From contig CALGYR010000109.1 of assembly GCA_937935355.1 (NCBI GenBank), positions 403-64,402 on the forward strand: a stretch of 64,000 bases of DNA, written 5' to 3'. Under the pieces are notes generated by a model. That model worked only from the letters and a program-made list of their open reading frames with translations, did not search any database and had not been told where the DNA came from. The position numbers were made by a program, and so were the translations under genes. How positions within the stretch are numbered: the first letter of the stretch is position 1; each line of letters starts with the position of its first letter. Below, in pieces: positions 55,667 through 64,000 of this stretch. This DNA is from an uncultured bacterium. GTDB taxonomy: Bacteria; Planctomycetota; SZUA-567; JAKLDR01.

Positions 55667-57937
55667 ATGAGAACCAGCGTTACGTTGGCAGCCCTCCTGG
55701 TCCTTGCCAGCCCGTCCCCGGCCGGAGAGGCATCCGCCCCGGCCGCCCCGTCGGGCCAGAAGCTCGAGATGATCGAGCGGCCCGATGGCGGGCCGGGCGA
55801 GCCGGGACCGCGGGGGGAATTCTACAAGTTCAACTGCGGCAACCTCAACGCCCGCGCCATGTGGGGCTGGCGGCTCGAACTGGCCGACGGCCGGGGGTTG
55901 GCCTTCGGAGGATTGGCCACCTGGACCATGCAGGAAATTAACGGGGCGCTGGTGCGCAGCGACGACCCCGCCGTGCGCACGCAGGTGCGGCGCAACGGGA
56001 AGTGGGTCCATATCCACGAGGAGTTGCGGAAGAAGAACCCGCTCCAGCCGCACCATGACCGGCTGGCCGGGCTGGTCCGGCCGCTCAAGCTGGTCACGGG
56101 CCTCGCCAGGCACATCTACTTCGAGGGCCGCGACGAGGCCGCCGAGAAGGCCTTCGTCGAGAAGGAGATCGCCCCCAAAGCCGCCGAACTGGCCGGCCAG
56201 CTCAAGTCCGCCCGCGCGGAACTGGCCAAGGCCGGAACGGCCGGAGACCGCTATCTGGCCGGACAGGTGGCTCGCGCTCTGGCCATGCTCGACACCGTGC
56301 CGCCGGCGGTCGAGGGGCTCGGGGCCCGCACCAACCACGAAAAACTCCTGGCCCTGCGCCAGGCGCGGGTGAGCCTGGAGCGGGCAGCCGAGTTCCTGGA
56401 CGCCGAGCCTCCGCCGCGGGCGCTCTCCATGCCCGCCTACGACGCCAGGACCGGCTTGTTCGCCGTCTTCGGCGGGGAGCATTTCGACTACCTTACGAAC
56501 GACCTGTGGGTCTTCGACCCCGGGAAGGAGCTCTGGCAGCAGCGGCACCCGGCCACGCCGGCTCCCGAACCGAGGGCGGACCACCGCCTGACCGCCGACG
56601 GGCAGGGGCGTTTGACGCTGAGCGGGGGCTACATCTACTCCCGCCGGCCGGTACCCAAGGGTTGGAACCGCCATGCCACCTATGTCCACGCCGGACCGGA
56701 CCGGTGGGTTTATGACCTGGCGACCGACGCCTGGACCGCTCCGGGCGAGGCCGAATCGGCGGCCTCCGGCACCCGGTCATACTGGGCGGGCGGGGCCCTG
56801 CCGGAACACTACACGGCGGGCGACCGGCCGGATGCCGCGGCTTACGGCAAGATCCTGGCCGCGCTTCCGGCCAATACCTGGGTGGACCTGAAGCCCGCCC
56901 CGAAGTTCGGCGGCAACCGCGACTGGGGGACGCTCGGCTTCGACGCCGAACGGGACATGATCTACTTCTACAACGGCGGACACTCGGCCTACGGCGGCAC
57001 CGACGTGGCCCATTACCATCTGGCCACCAACCGCTGGGACGTGCCCGTGGAAGTGGAGTACCCGCTTCACTACATCGGGGCCTCGGGGTGTTCGGTGCCG
57101 GGTTGGAGCTTCAATCGGCGGCCGTGGATCACCAATCACACCTGGAATTCCCAGCGCTACCACCCGGGCCTGAGGCGTCACGTGGTGGCCGGGCGGCTGA
57201 CCAGTCCGTGCTTCCCGAAGGGGATGGGCAACCCCGACGTGAACCTCTACTTCTACGATCCGGACCTGGCCGACTGGGAGAAGCGCACGCCCAACAATGT
57301 CGAGATGAGCTGCATGGGCGCCCACGTCCTGCACGTTCCGGGCTTCGGCCTGATCGACTGGGGGCGTTGGCTGCTCGACGACGGGACGCTGGAGTGGAAG
57401 AAGCTCGCACCCGGGGGCAAGCTGCCGGGATCGAGCATGGATTTCGCGGGCCTGGCCCACGACCCGGCGCGCAACCGGGTGCTTTTCTTCAGCGGCGGAA
57501 ACTACGACGGCACCCCCTATTCCGGCGAGGTCTTCGCGATGGCCGTGCCCTCGCTCGAAGTGACCGCGTTCAAGCCGGCCGGCTCCGAGCACATCGGCGC
57601 GGTGAGCACCAGGGCCAATCCCAGGGCCACCTGGATTCTGCGCGAAATGATCTACCACCCGGGGCTCGACATGTTCATCTTCAGCTCGAACCTCCCCGGC
57701 GGGTACTCCGCGGCGCTGGATGTGAAGGGCAACCGCTGGGTGGGTCTGAAGCTACCCGGGCCGCATCCGTACGGGCTGAGTTCGGCCATGGCCTACGATG
57801 CGAAGCGCGACCTGATCTACTCGGTGGGCACGCGCGCCGACGTCTCGGCTCTGCGCATCGACCCGAAGACACTCGAGGTCAAGACGCTCGCCGAGATCGT
57901 CGCCGAGGCGCCCAAGACCGGCGCGGCCGGCAAGTGA
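55667..57937 (+). CDS. Secreted 756-aa Kelch-repeat beta-propeller protein.
   Basis: Signal peptide. Kelch-like blocks (FAVFGGEHFDYLTNDLWVFDP). Tandem paralog of the gene at 57957. Confidence 0.7.
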   Translation: MRTSVTLAALLVLASPSPAGEASAPAAPSGQKLEMIERPDGGPGEPGPRGEFYKFNCGNLNARAMWGWRLELADGRGLAFGGLATWTMQEINGALVRSDDPAVRTQVRRNGKWVHIHEELRKKNPLQPHHDRLAGLVRPLKLVTGLARHIYFEGRDEAAEKAFVEKEIAPKAAELAGQLKSARAELAKAGTAGDRYLAGQVARALAMLDTVPPAVEGLGARTNHEKLLALRQARVSLERAAEFLDAEPPPRALSMPAYDARTGLFAVFGGEHFDYLTNDLWVFDPGKELWQQRHPATPAPEPRADHRLTADGQGRLTLSGGYIYSRRPVPKGWNRHATYVHAGPDRWVYDLATDAWTAPGEAESAASGTRSYWAGGALPEHYTAGDRPDAAAYGKILAALPANTWVDLKPAPKFGGNRDWGTLGFDAERDMIYFYNGGHSAYGGTDVAHYHLATNRWDVPVEVEYPLHYIGASGCSVPGWSFNRRPWITNHTWNSQRYHPGLRRHVVAGRLTSPCFPKGMGNPDVNLYFYDPDLADWEKRTPNNVEMSCMGAHVLHVPGFGLIDWGRWLLDDGTLEWKKLAPGGKLPGSSMDFAGLAHDPARNRVLFFSGGNYDGTPYSGEVFAMAVPSLEVTAFKPAGSEHIGAVSTRANPRATWILREMIYHPGLDMFIFSSNLPGGYSAALDVKGNRWVGLKLPGPHPYGLSSAMAYDAKRDLIYSVGTRADVSALRIDPKTLEVKTLAEIVAEAPKTGAAGK

Positions 57938-57956
57938 GGCAGGAAGGAGACCGACC

Positions 57957-60257
57957 ATGAGGCCCGTTCTGGTATTCGCAGTCGTGTTAAGCCTGGTGTC
58001 CACCGGCATCCCGGCCGGTGAGGCCGGCGCGCCCGGCTGCAAGCTCGAGATGATCGAGCGGCCCGACGCCAGGCCGCCGGAGCCCGCCAAGCGCGGCTCG
58101 GACTACAAATTCAACTGCGGGAAGCTCGACGCCCGCTCCATGTGGGGCTGGAGGCTGGAGCTGGCTGATGGATCCGGGCTGGCCTTCGGAGGTCTGGCCA
58201 CCTGGACCATGCAGGAGATGAACGGGCAGCTGGTGCGCAACGACGACCCGGCGGTGCGCACCCAGGTACGGCGCGACGGCAAGTGGGTCTTCATCCACGA
58301 GGAGCTCCGGAAGAAGAACCCGCTCCAGCCGCACCACGACCGGCTCGAGGGGCTCGTCCGGCCGCTCAAGCTGGTAACGGGACTCGCCCGGCACATCTAC
58401 TTCGAGGGCCGCGGCGAGGCCGCCGAGAAGGCCTTCGTCGAGAAGGAGATCGCCCCGAAGGCCGCCGAATTCCTCGGCAAGCTCAAGGAGGCGCGCGCGG
58501 AGCTCGCCAAGGCCGGCGCCGGTTCGACTGGTTCACCGCCTGAAGCCCTGAGTTCGTCGAAGGGCTCCGACGACAAGTACGCCGCCGGGCAGGTGGCCTT
58601 CGCGCTCGGCTTCCTCGACAAGGTTGCGCCGGCGGTCGAGGCTCTGGGTGCGCGCACCAGCCACGAGAAGCTCACCGCGCTGCGCCTGGCGCGCGTGGCG
58701 CTCGAGCAGGCCGCCGAGGCGCTGGACGCCGAGCCGCCGCCGCGGGCTCTCTCCATGCCCGCCTACGATGCCAAGACCGGCCTGTTCGCCGTCTTCGGCG
58801 GCGATCACTTCGACTATCTCACGAACGACCTGTGGGTCTTCGACCCCAAGGCGCCGCGCTGGATGCAGCGCCACCCGAAGATGGCGCCCGAGCCCCGCGC
58901 CGACCACACGCTGACCTCCGACGGCCAGGGAAGGCTCACCATGCGCGGCGGTCTCCTCTACAACCGCCACCCGCGGCCGCAGGGCTGGGCCAGCAACACC
59001 TACGTCCACGCCGGGCCGGGCGACTGGACCTACGATCTGGCCGCCGACGCCTGGACCGGGCCGGCCGACCCGCCGATGTGTCCCGCCGACACCCGCGGCT
59101 ACCGCACCGGCGGACACCTCCCCGAGCACTTTACCGCAGGCGAACGGCCGGACGCCGCAACCTACGGCAAGGTCCTCGCCGGGCTGCCGGCCAACACCTG
59201 GGTCGACTTGAAGCCCGCGCCGAAGTTCGCCGGCAACCGCGACTGGGGGACGCTGGGCTGGGACGCCGAGCGGGACATGATCTACTTCTACAACGGCGGG
59301 CACTCGGCCTACGCCGGGACGGACGTCGCGCACTACCACCTGGCCACCGGCCGCTGGGACCAGCCGGTGGAAGTCGAGTACCCGCTCAACTACATCGGCG
59401 CCTCGGGCAGCTCGGTGCCGGGTTGGAGCTTCAACCACCGGCCCTGGGTAACGAACCACCTCTGGAACTCCTATCGCTACCACCCGGGCCTCAAGCGCCT
59501 GGTGGTCGCGGGGCGTTACACCAGCTCCTGCTGGCCCAAGGGCTGGGGCAACCCGGACGTAAACATCTACCTCTACGACCCCGACCTGGCCGACTGGGAG
59601 AAGCGCGTCCCCGGCAACGTGGAGATGTCCTGCATGAGCGCGGGCGTCCTGCACGTGCCGGGGCTGGGCATGATCGAGGCCGGCAGGTGGCTGCTCGATG
59701 ACGCCAAACTCGAGTGGAAGCCACTCGGCGCCAAGGGCAAATTGCCCGGGGCGGGCGGCGACTTCAGCGGTTTCGTCCACGACCCCAAGCGCAATCGGGT
59801 GCTCTACTTCAGCGGCGGGACCTACAACGGGACGCCCTACTCCGGCGAAGTCTTCGTCATGGCCGTGCCCTCGCTGGAAGTGACCTCCTTCAAGCCGGAG
59901 GGCTCGGAGCACATCAAGGCGCTCTACGCGGGCAGAGAGAACATGCTCGGCACCTGGATCCTCCGCGAGGTGGTCTACCACCCGGGGCTCGACATGTTCA
60001 TCTTCAGCTCGAACCTGCCCGGCGGCTACTCCGCGGCGCTGGACGTGGCCAAGAACCGCTGGGTGGGCCTGAAGCTCCCCGGACCGCACCCGTGGGGGCT
60101 GAGTTCCGCCATGGCCTACGACGCCAAGCGCGACCTGATCTACTCGGTGGGCACGCGCGCCGACGTCTCGGCGCTGCGGATCGACCCGAAGACGGTCGAG
60201 GTCAAGACCCTGGCGGAGATCGTCGCCGAGGCGCCCCCGCCGCCGGCGAAGAAGTAG
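57957..60257 (+). CDS. Secreted 766-aa Kelch-repeat protein, paralog of the gene at 55667..57937.
   Basis: About 75% identical blocks and a collinear layout. Confidence 0.7.
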   Translation: MRPVLVFAVVLSLVSTGIPAGEAGAPGCKLEMIERPDARPPEPAKRGSDYKFNCGKLDARSMWGWRLELADGSGLAFGGLATWTMQEMNGQLVRNDDPAVRTQVRRDGKWVFIHEELRKKNPLQPHHDRLEGLVRPLKLVTGLARHIYFEGRGEAAEKAFVEKEIAPKAAEFLGKLKEARAELAKAGAGSTGSPPEALSSSKGSDDKYAAGQVAFALGFLDKVAPAVEALGARTSHEKLTALRLARVALEQAAEALDAEPPPRALSMPAYDAKTGLFAVFGGDHFDYLTNDLWVFDPKAPRWMQRHPKMAPEPRADHTLTSDGQGRLTMRGGLLYNRHPRPQGWASNTYVHAGPGDWTYDLAADAWTGPADPPMCPADTRGYRTGGHLPEHFTAGERPDAATYGKVLAGLPANTWVDLKPAPKFAGNRDWGTLGWDAERDMIYFYNGGHSAYAGTDVAHYHLATGRWDQPVEVEYPLNYIGASGSSVPGWSFNHRPWVTNHLWNSYRYHPGLKRLVVAGRYTSSCWPKGWGNPDVNIYLYDPDLADWEKRVPGNVEMSCMSAGVLHVPGLGMIEAGRWLLDDAKLEWKPLGAKGKLPGAGGDFSGFVHDPKRNRVLYFSGGTYNGTPYSGEVFVMAVPSLEVTSFKPEGSEHIKALYAGRENMLGTWILREVVYHPGLDMFIFSSNLPGGYSAALDVAKNRWVGLKLPGPHPWGLSSAMAYDAKRDLIYSVGTRADVSALRIDPKTVEVKTLAEIVAEAPPPPAKK

Positions 60258-60329
60258 TGCCCGAGGCGTCAGGTGTCAGGGTTCAGGAGTCAGCCGGATC
60301 CCCTGACACCTGAAACCAGGATCCCCGGC

Positions 60330-61631
60330 TCACCCGACCTTCTGCGGCGTCTCCTTGGGCGAGAGCGCGTCGGGGGAGTTGACCACCGCCCCGGCCGGTG
60401 CCGGCACCGTGCCCGAGAGCAGTGGGTCCTTCGTCTCGCGCATCCAGCGCTCGAGCCGGCCGCGCATGTCGGCGAGCGTCGCGGCGTTGGCCGGGTCGGC
60501 GGCGACGTTCCTGCGCTCCTGCGGATCGAAGACCAAATCGTAGAGCTGCTCGGCCTCGACCTGACGAGCGGCCCAGCCGGCGGCGAGCCAGACGTCCTTG
60601 CTGGGCCCGTCGTCGGCGTTGGCGAGCACCGGCCTCGTCCGCCCGTCGTAGCGGCGGATGTACTTCCAGCGCCGGGTGCGGACCGCGCGCATCGGCTCGT
60701 AGGCCGCGTGGTAGCTGACCTCGGCGAAGATCTCCTCGTTGACCTCCGGCTTCTCGCCCCGGACCATGGGCAATATCGAGCGCCCCTGGATCCACGCCGG
60801 CCGCTCGATGCCGAGGAGCTCGCAGATCGTCGGGAAGACGTCGATGTGCGAGACCAGGCCGTCGAGGACCTTGCCGCCGGTGAAGCCGCCGGGCCCGCGC
60901 ATCATGAGCAGCACGCCGATGCCGTGATCGGTCAGGTTGCACTTCATGCCCGGGAAGGGGATACCGTGGTCGGTGGTCGAGATGACCAGCGTATTGCCGG
61001 CCAGCCCCGCGGCCTCGAGGGCGGCGAGCACCTCGCCCACCCCGGCGTCGAGCCGCCGGGCGCTGGCCTTGAAGGCGGCCATGTCTGCGCGGGTTTCCGG
61101 GGCGTTGGGCACGGTCGGGGCCGGCAGGCAGCGGCGCGCGTCGTCCTCGGGGCCCGGCTCCGGGAAGACCCGGTGGGTCTCGAAGAAGCCCACCGACAGG
61201 AAGAAGGGCTGCTTCGGCGCCGAGCGCAGGAACCCGGCGGCCGCCGGAGCCACGTGGCGCGCCTCGCGGGTCTCGGTCGGCACTATCCGGTCGTAGCCGA
61301 TGCGCTCGGCCCTGTCGGCCACGTGCTGCACGCCGATGAGGGTCGACTCGTAGCCGGCCGGACGCAGGGTGTGGAGGATGTGCTCGCGGTAGTCGCGCAT
61401 CGAGAAGCCGCGGTGGGCCAGGCCGATCATGCCGCTGGAGTGCGCACACTGCCCGGAGAGGAGCGCCGCGCGGCTCGGGGAGCAGGTTGGCCCCGAGCAG
61501 AAGGCGTTGGTGAAGAGCACGCCCTCGTCGGCAAGCCTCGTCATGTTCGGCGTGGGCACCGCGTGGCCATACGGGGCTATGTGCCGCCCGGTGTCGTGCG
61601 AGTGGATGTAGAGGATGTTGGGAGACGTCAT
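60330..61631 (-). CDS. Sulfatase (formylglycine-dependent).
   Basis: CSPSRAALLSG C-x-P-x-R motif. An ATG at 61631 overlaps the surE stop (ATGA). An alternative ATG lies at 61637. Confidence 0.85.
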   Translation of the reverse strand: MTSPNILYIHSHDTGRHIAPYGHAVPTPNMTRLADEGVLFTNAFCSGPTCSPSRAALLSGQCAHSSGMIGLAHRGFSMRDYREHILHTLRPAGYESTLIGVQHVADRAERIGYDRIVPTETREARHVAPAAAGFLRSAPKQPFFLSVGFFETHRVFPEPGPEDDARRCLPAPTVPNAPETRADMAAFKASARRLDAGVGEVLAALEAAGLAGNTLVISTTDHGIPFPGMKCNLTDHGIGVLLMMRGPGGFTGGKVLDGLVSHIDVFPTICELLGIERPAWIQGRSILPMVRGEKPEVNEEIFAEVSYHAAYEPMRAVRTRRWKYIRRYDGRTRPVLANADDGPSKDVWLAAGWAARQVEAEQLYDLVFDPQERRNVAADPANAATLADMRGRLERWMRETKDPLLSGTVPAPAGAVVNSPDALSPKETPQKVG

Positions 61632-62434
61632 TGCCACTCCTTGAGCCTAGAGATCGTCTCGGCGATCAGCCCGGCCTGCTCCGGCATCCGCCGGCGGAAG
61701 GGCTCGACGGTCAGGTCCAGGAACATGGGCGTCACCGAGATCCAGCCGGCGGCCAGCGCCGCCGCGTCGGTGATCTCGTCGGGATCGTCGATGACCATGT
61801 CGCCGGAGACCCGGTAGAAGCAGGCGTCCGGCCGGGCCTCGCCTTCCGGGCAGGGGCAGGGCCGGTAGTACTCGCGGAAGCCGCTCAGCCCCTGCCGGGT
61901 GAGCCGGATGCCCAGGACCGGCTTCCGGCTCGCCGGCAGGTTGACGTTGAAGAACAGGCCCTTGGGGAAGGGCACCAGCGCGGCGAGCGCCTCGATCACC
62001 GGGCGCGCCCGGAGCGCCGCGGCCGGAAAGTCGTACGGGTCGGAGACGTCCAGGCTCAGCGCCACCGAGGAGGTCCGGCTGACCATGCCCTCGGCCGCCG
62101 CGCCCACCGTGCCGGAGTAGAAGACGTTCACGCCGACGTTGGGGCCGGCGTTGATGCCGGAGAGGACCAGGTCGGCCCAGCCCGGCCAGAGCTCGACCAG
62201 GGCCAGCTTCACCGCGTCGGCGGGCGTGCCGCGCACGGCCATGGCCTTCCCGGTTTCGGGGACCGTCACGGGCCAGGCGGCCACCGGCCGGTGCAGGGTG
62301 ACGGCGTGGCCCACGCCCGAGGCCGGCCGCTCGGTGGCCGAGGCTCGCACCGGCCCGAGCCGTGCGGCCTCCGCAGCCAGGGCGGCGAAGCCCGGCGCGT
62401 CGTAACCGTCGTCGCAGCTGACGAGGACGTTCAT
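61628..62434 (-). CDS. surE: 5'/3'-nucleotidase SurE.
   Basis: Start MNVLVSCDDGYDAPG, the SurE signature. The track ORF extension to 63355 is spurious. Confidence 0.85.
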   Translation of the reverse strand: MNVLVSCDDGYDAPGFAALAAEAARLGPVRASATERPASGVGHAVTLHRPVAAWPVTVPETGKAMAVRGTPADAVKLALVELWPGWADLVLSGINAGPNVGVNVFYSGTVGAAAEGMVSRTSSVALSLDVSDPYDFPAAALRARPVIEALAALVPFPKGLFFNVNLPASRKPVLGIRLTRQGLSGFREYYRPCPCPEGEARPDACFYRVSGDMVIDDPDEITDAAALAAGWISVTPMFLDLTVEPFRRRMPEQAGLIAETISRLKEWQ

Positions 62435-63411
62435 TTGGCGGACGGGGACTTGGTCGGCGATCCTTTGCCCGCCCTGGCCCCGCCATCGGGTTTCTTCTCG
62501 TCCGGCTTCCTGTCGTCCGGCTTCTTCTCGTCGGACTTCTTGCGGGAGGCCTTCTCCAGGCCGCCCAGGCGGGTGAAGCCCGACTTGGCCGGGTCGTCGT
62601 AGTCGCCGGGCTCCTCGCGGATCTCCGCAATGCGATCGGTGCCGATCTCGATCCGTCCTCCGTCCGGAAGCGGGAAGACGGCCTCCATCACGAGGCCCTT
62701 GATCTCGGCGAGCTTGTCGGCGGCCTCCCGGCTGAAGATGAGCCCGGCGCGCAGCCAGGGCTCCTCCAGCGCCGGCGTCTGGCGTCTGGCGATGAAGGCG
62801 CGGAAGAGCTCGTCCGCCCCGGCCTTCACGATCACCAGCTCGCACTCCTCGCCGGCGATGGTCTTCTTCGTGCCCGGACGCTCGATGGCGACAGGCGGCA
62901 GGTCCTCCCCGGTGCCGAGCCAGACCTCGAGGCGCTCGCGCATGGCCGGGTCGCTGACGGTGGGCAGGCGCTTGCTCAGGCGGTCCCGGCTGGACCTGGC
63001 GGCGGAGGACAGCGACTTGAGCGCGATCTCCCGATAGGTCTTGTTCTCGGTGTCGATGAGCCAGAGCACGCCCTCGTCGGAGCGCATGACGGTCACGGTC
63101 TTGCCGTCTTCGGACGTCTCGCGGAAGCGTCCCGGCGCCATCTTCAGCTTCGAGCTCCTGGCCGAGAGCTCGACGATCTCCGGCTTGGGCGGGACGGCCG
63201 GGACCTGCGGAGCCTTGGCGGCCGCGCCGTCCCTGGCGGGTTCGGCGGTCACTGCCGGCGCCTCCGCCGCGGGGGCGGGGGCCGGCTTGGGGCCGTACTC
63301 CCGCACGGTGCGTTCGATCAGCAGGTCCGCCCGGGCCGCGGAAGAAACGAAACACACGGCCCCGATCAGGGCCAGCAATGCCGTGGCGATTCTCGATTTC
63401 ATGCGCTGCAT
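62431..63411 (-). CDS. Secreted hypothetical protein with a Lys/Pro/Asp-rich C-terminal tail.
   Basis: Start MQRMKSR with a signal peptide. Its stop overlaps the surE start (ATGA). Confidence 0.55.
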   Translation of the reverse strand: MQRMKSRIATALLALIGAVCFVSSAARADLLIERTVREYGPKPAPAPAAEAPAVTAEPARDGAAAKAPQVPAVPPKPEIVELSARSSKLKMAPGRFRETSEDGKTVTVMRSDEGVLWLIDTENKTYREIALKSLSSAARSSRDRLSKRLPTVSDPAMRERLEVWLGTGEDLPPVAIERPGTKKTIAGEECELVIVKAGADELFRAFIARRQTPALEEPWLRAGLIFSREAADKLAEIKGLVMEAVFPLPDGGRIEIGTDRIAEIREEPGDYDDPAKSGFTRLGGLEKASRKKSDEKKPDDRKPDEKKPDGGARAGKGSPTKSPSAK

Positions 63412-63534
63412 TCTAGCCCTCGGCCTCGCCGCACGCAACTCTGCTAACGGCGGGGGTGCGCGGAGGATTCGCGCCTTTGGCACGACTCGAAACCGCCAAG
63501 GCGCCAAGAACGACGAGGGAGGTAGCCGCAGATG

Positions 63535-63612
63535 AACGCGGATGAACGCAGATCCGGTGGGCAGGGAGATGAGCCACAGATGGATACAGATACGACAGAG
63601 ACAGGATTCAGG
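63535..63612. repeat. Tandem and inverted repeats of the GATGAACGC / CACAGATG family.
   Basis: (GATGAACGC)x2 followed by CACAGATGGATACAGATACGACAGAGACA. Intergenic. Confidence 0.6.
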
Positions 63613-63737
63613 CCGCTTCCGGCCCTGTCTGTACTACTGCCCTGCAACATCTTGAAATCCGCTTCGGTTCCTCGAGGTCCGGAGGAAGCCGTCAAACATG
63701 ACTAGCGCCGGGGCGCCCTGTCTCGCGGGGCCCGGCG

Positions 63738-63762
63738 TAGGGGCGGGTTTGAAACCCGCCCC
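63738..63762 (-). terminator. GC hairpin GGGGCGGGTTTGAAACCCGCCCC, a near-duplicate of the one at 17386.
   Basis: Perfect 11-bp stem. Its strand assignment is uncertain. Confidence 0.4.
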
Positions 63763-64000
63763 CACAACGCTTCGCCCCGCGAGCCCGGGACCCACGCCCC
63801 GGCGCGGTCATCCCCCTCCCCGCTCTCCCGCAAGCCTGCGGGAGAGGGCCGCGCCTCATCGGCGCGATTCCGGATAAGGTGCGGCACCGCCTTCTTCAGA
63901 GCGGAACGTGGCATCCATAGACTGCCCGGCACGCGGCACAACGGCCAACTGGCGCGGTGCGCGGCAGCGGTGCGATCCTCGCCAACCTTGCGCGTAACGA

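Noticed and set aside
60273-61817. 514-aa plus-strand ORF opposite the sulfatase gene.
   Set aside because: It is an antisense artefact. The minus-strand frame carries the C-x-P-x-R sulfatase signature.
117-63612. Could the tandem short repeats be CRISPR arrays?
   Set aside because: The units are 8-10 nt, directly abutting with no spacers, and are arranged as inverted pairs. There are no cas genes. This is not CRISPR.

Overview
This is a high-GC (about 68-70%) bacterial chromosomal segment with compact operons on both strands. The long ORFs in the supplied track are mostly spurious, because stop codons are rare at this GC content. Gene starts were re-called using RBS motifs, 4-bp overlaps with upstream stop codons and homology.

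Coding content, in order:
- A minus-strand envelope-stress cluster: PHP phosphoesterase, lemA, a 522-aa unknown gene, five tandem paralogs of a membrane-anchored domain (possibly DUF3137), the M48 protease htpX, and a second lemA.
- Three large secreted putative carbohydrate-active proteins, two of them tandem paralogs, followed by a convergent C39-like peptidase.
- A rsmE-mtaB operon.
- A 1436-aa multi-PAS hybrid histidine kinase and a sugar-phosphate isomerase.
- A roughly 1.7-kb lower-GC islet with three unknown genes.
- A complete group 3b [NiFe] hydrogenase operon (beta, gamma, delta, alpha), preceded by a tandem-GAF protein.
- A GH130 glycoside phosphorylase and an alpha/beta hydrolase.
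- An operon of FeeM-like N-acyltransferase, ThiF-like E1 enzyme and FtsX permease. A sigma-54 promoter sits upstream, next to a divergently transcribed sigma-54 enhancer-binding protein.
- A heparinase II/III-like lyase and an isochorismatase.
- Two modules, each a GntR/LacI-type regulator followed by a pair of very large secreted beta-propeller paralogs (NHL-like, then Kelch-like).
- A translationally coupled surE-sulfatase operon.

The most striking non-coding signal is about 20 hairpin-forming elements made of short-period (8-10 nt) tandem repeats arranged as inverted pairs. They belong to several sequence families. They occupy nearly every intergenic gap. They are built into the C-termini of several genes and the signal peptide of one. 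Two of them sit in frame inside open reading frames (mtaB and the N-acyltransferase).
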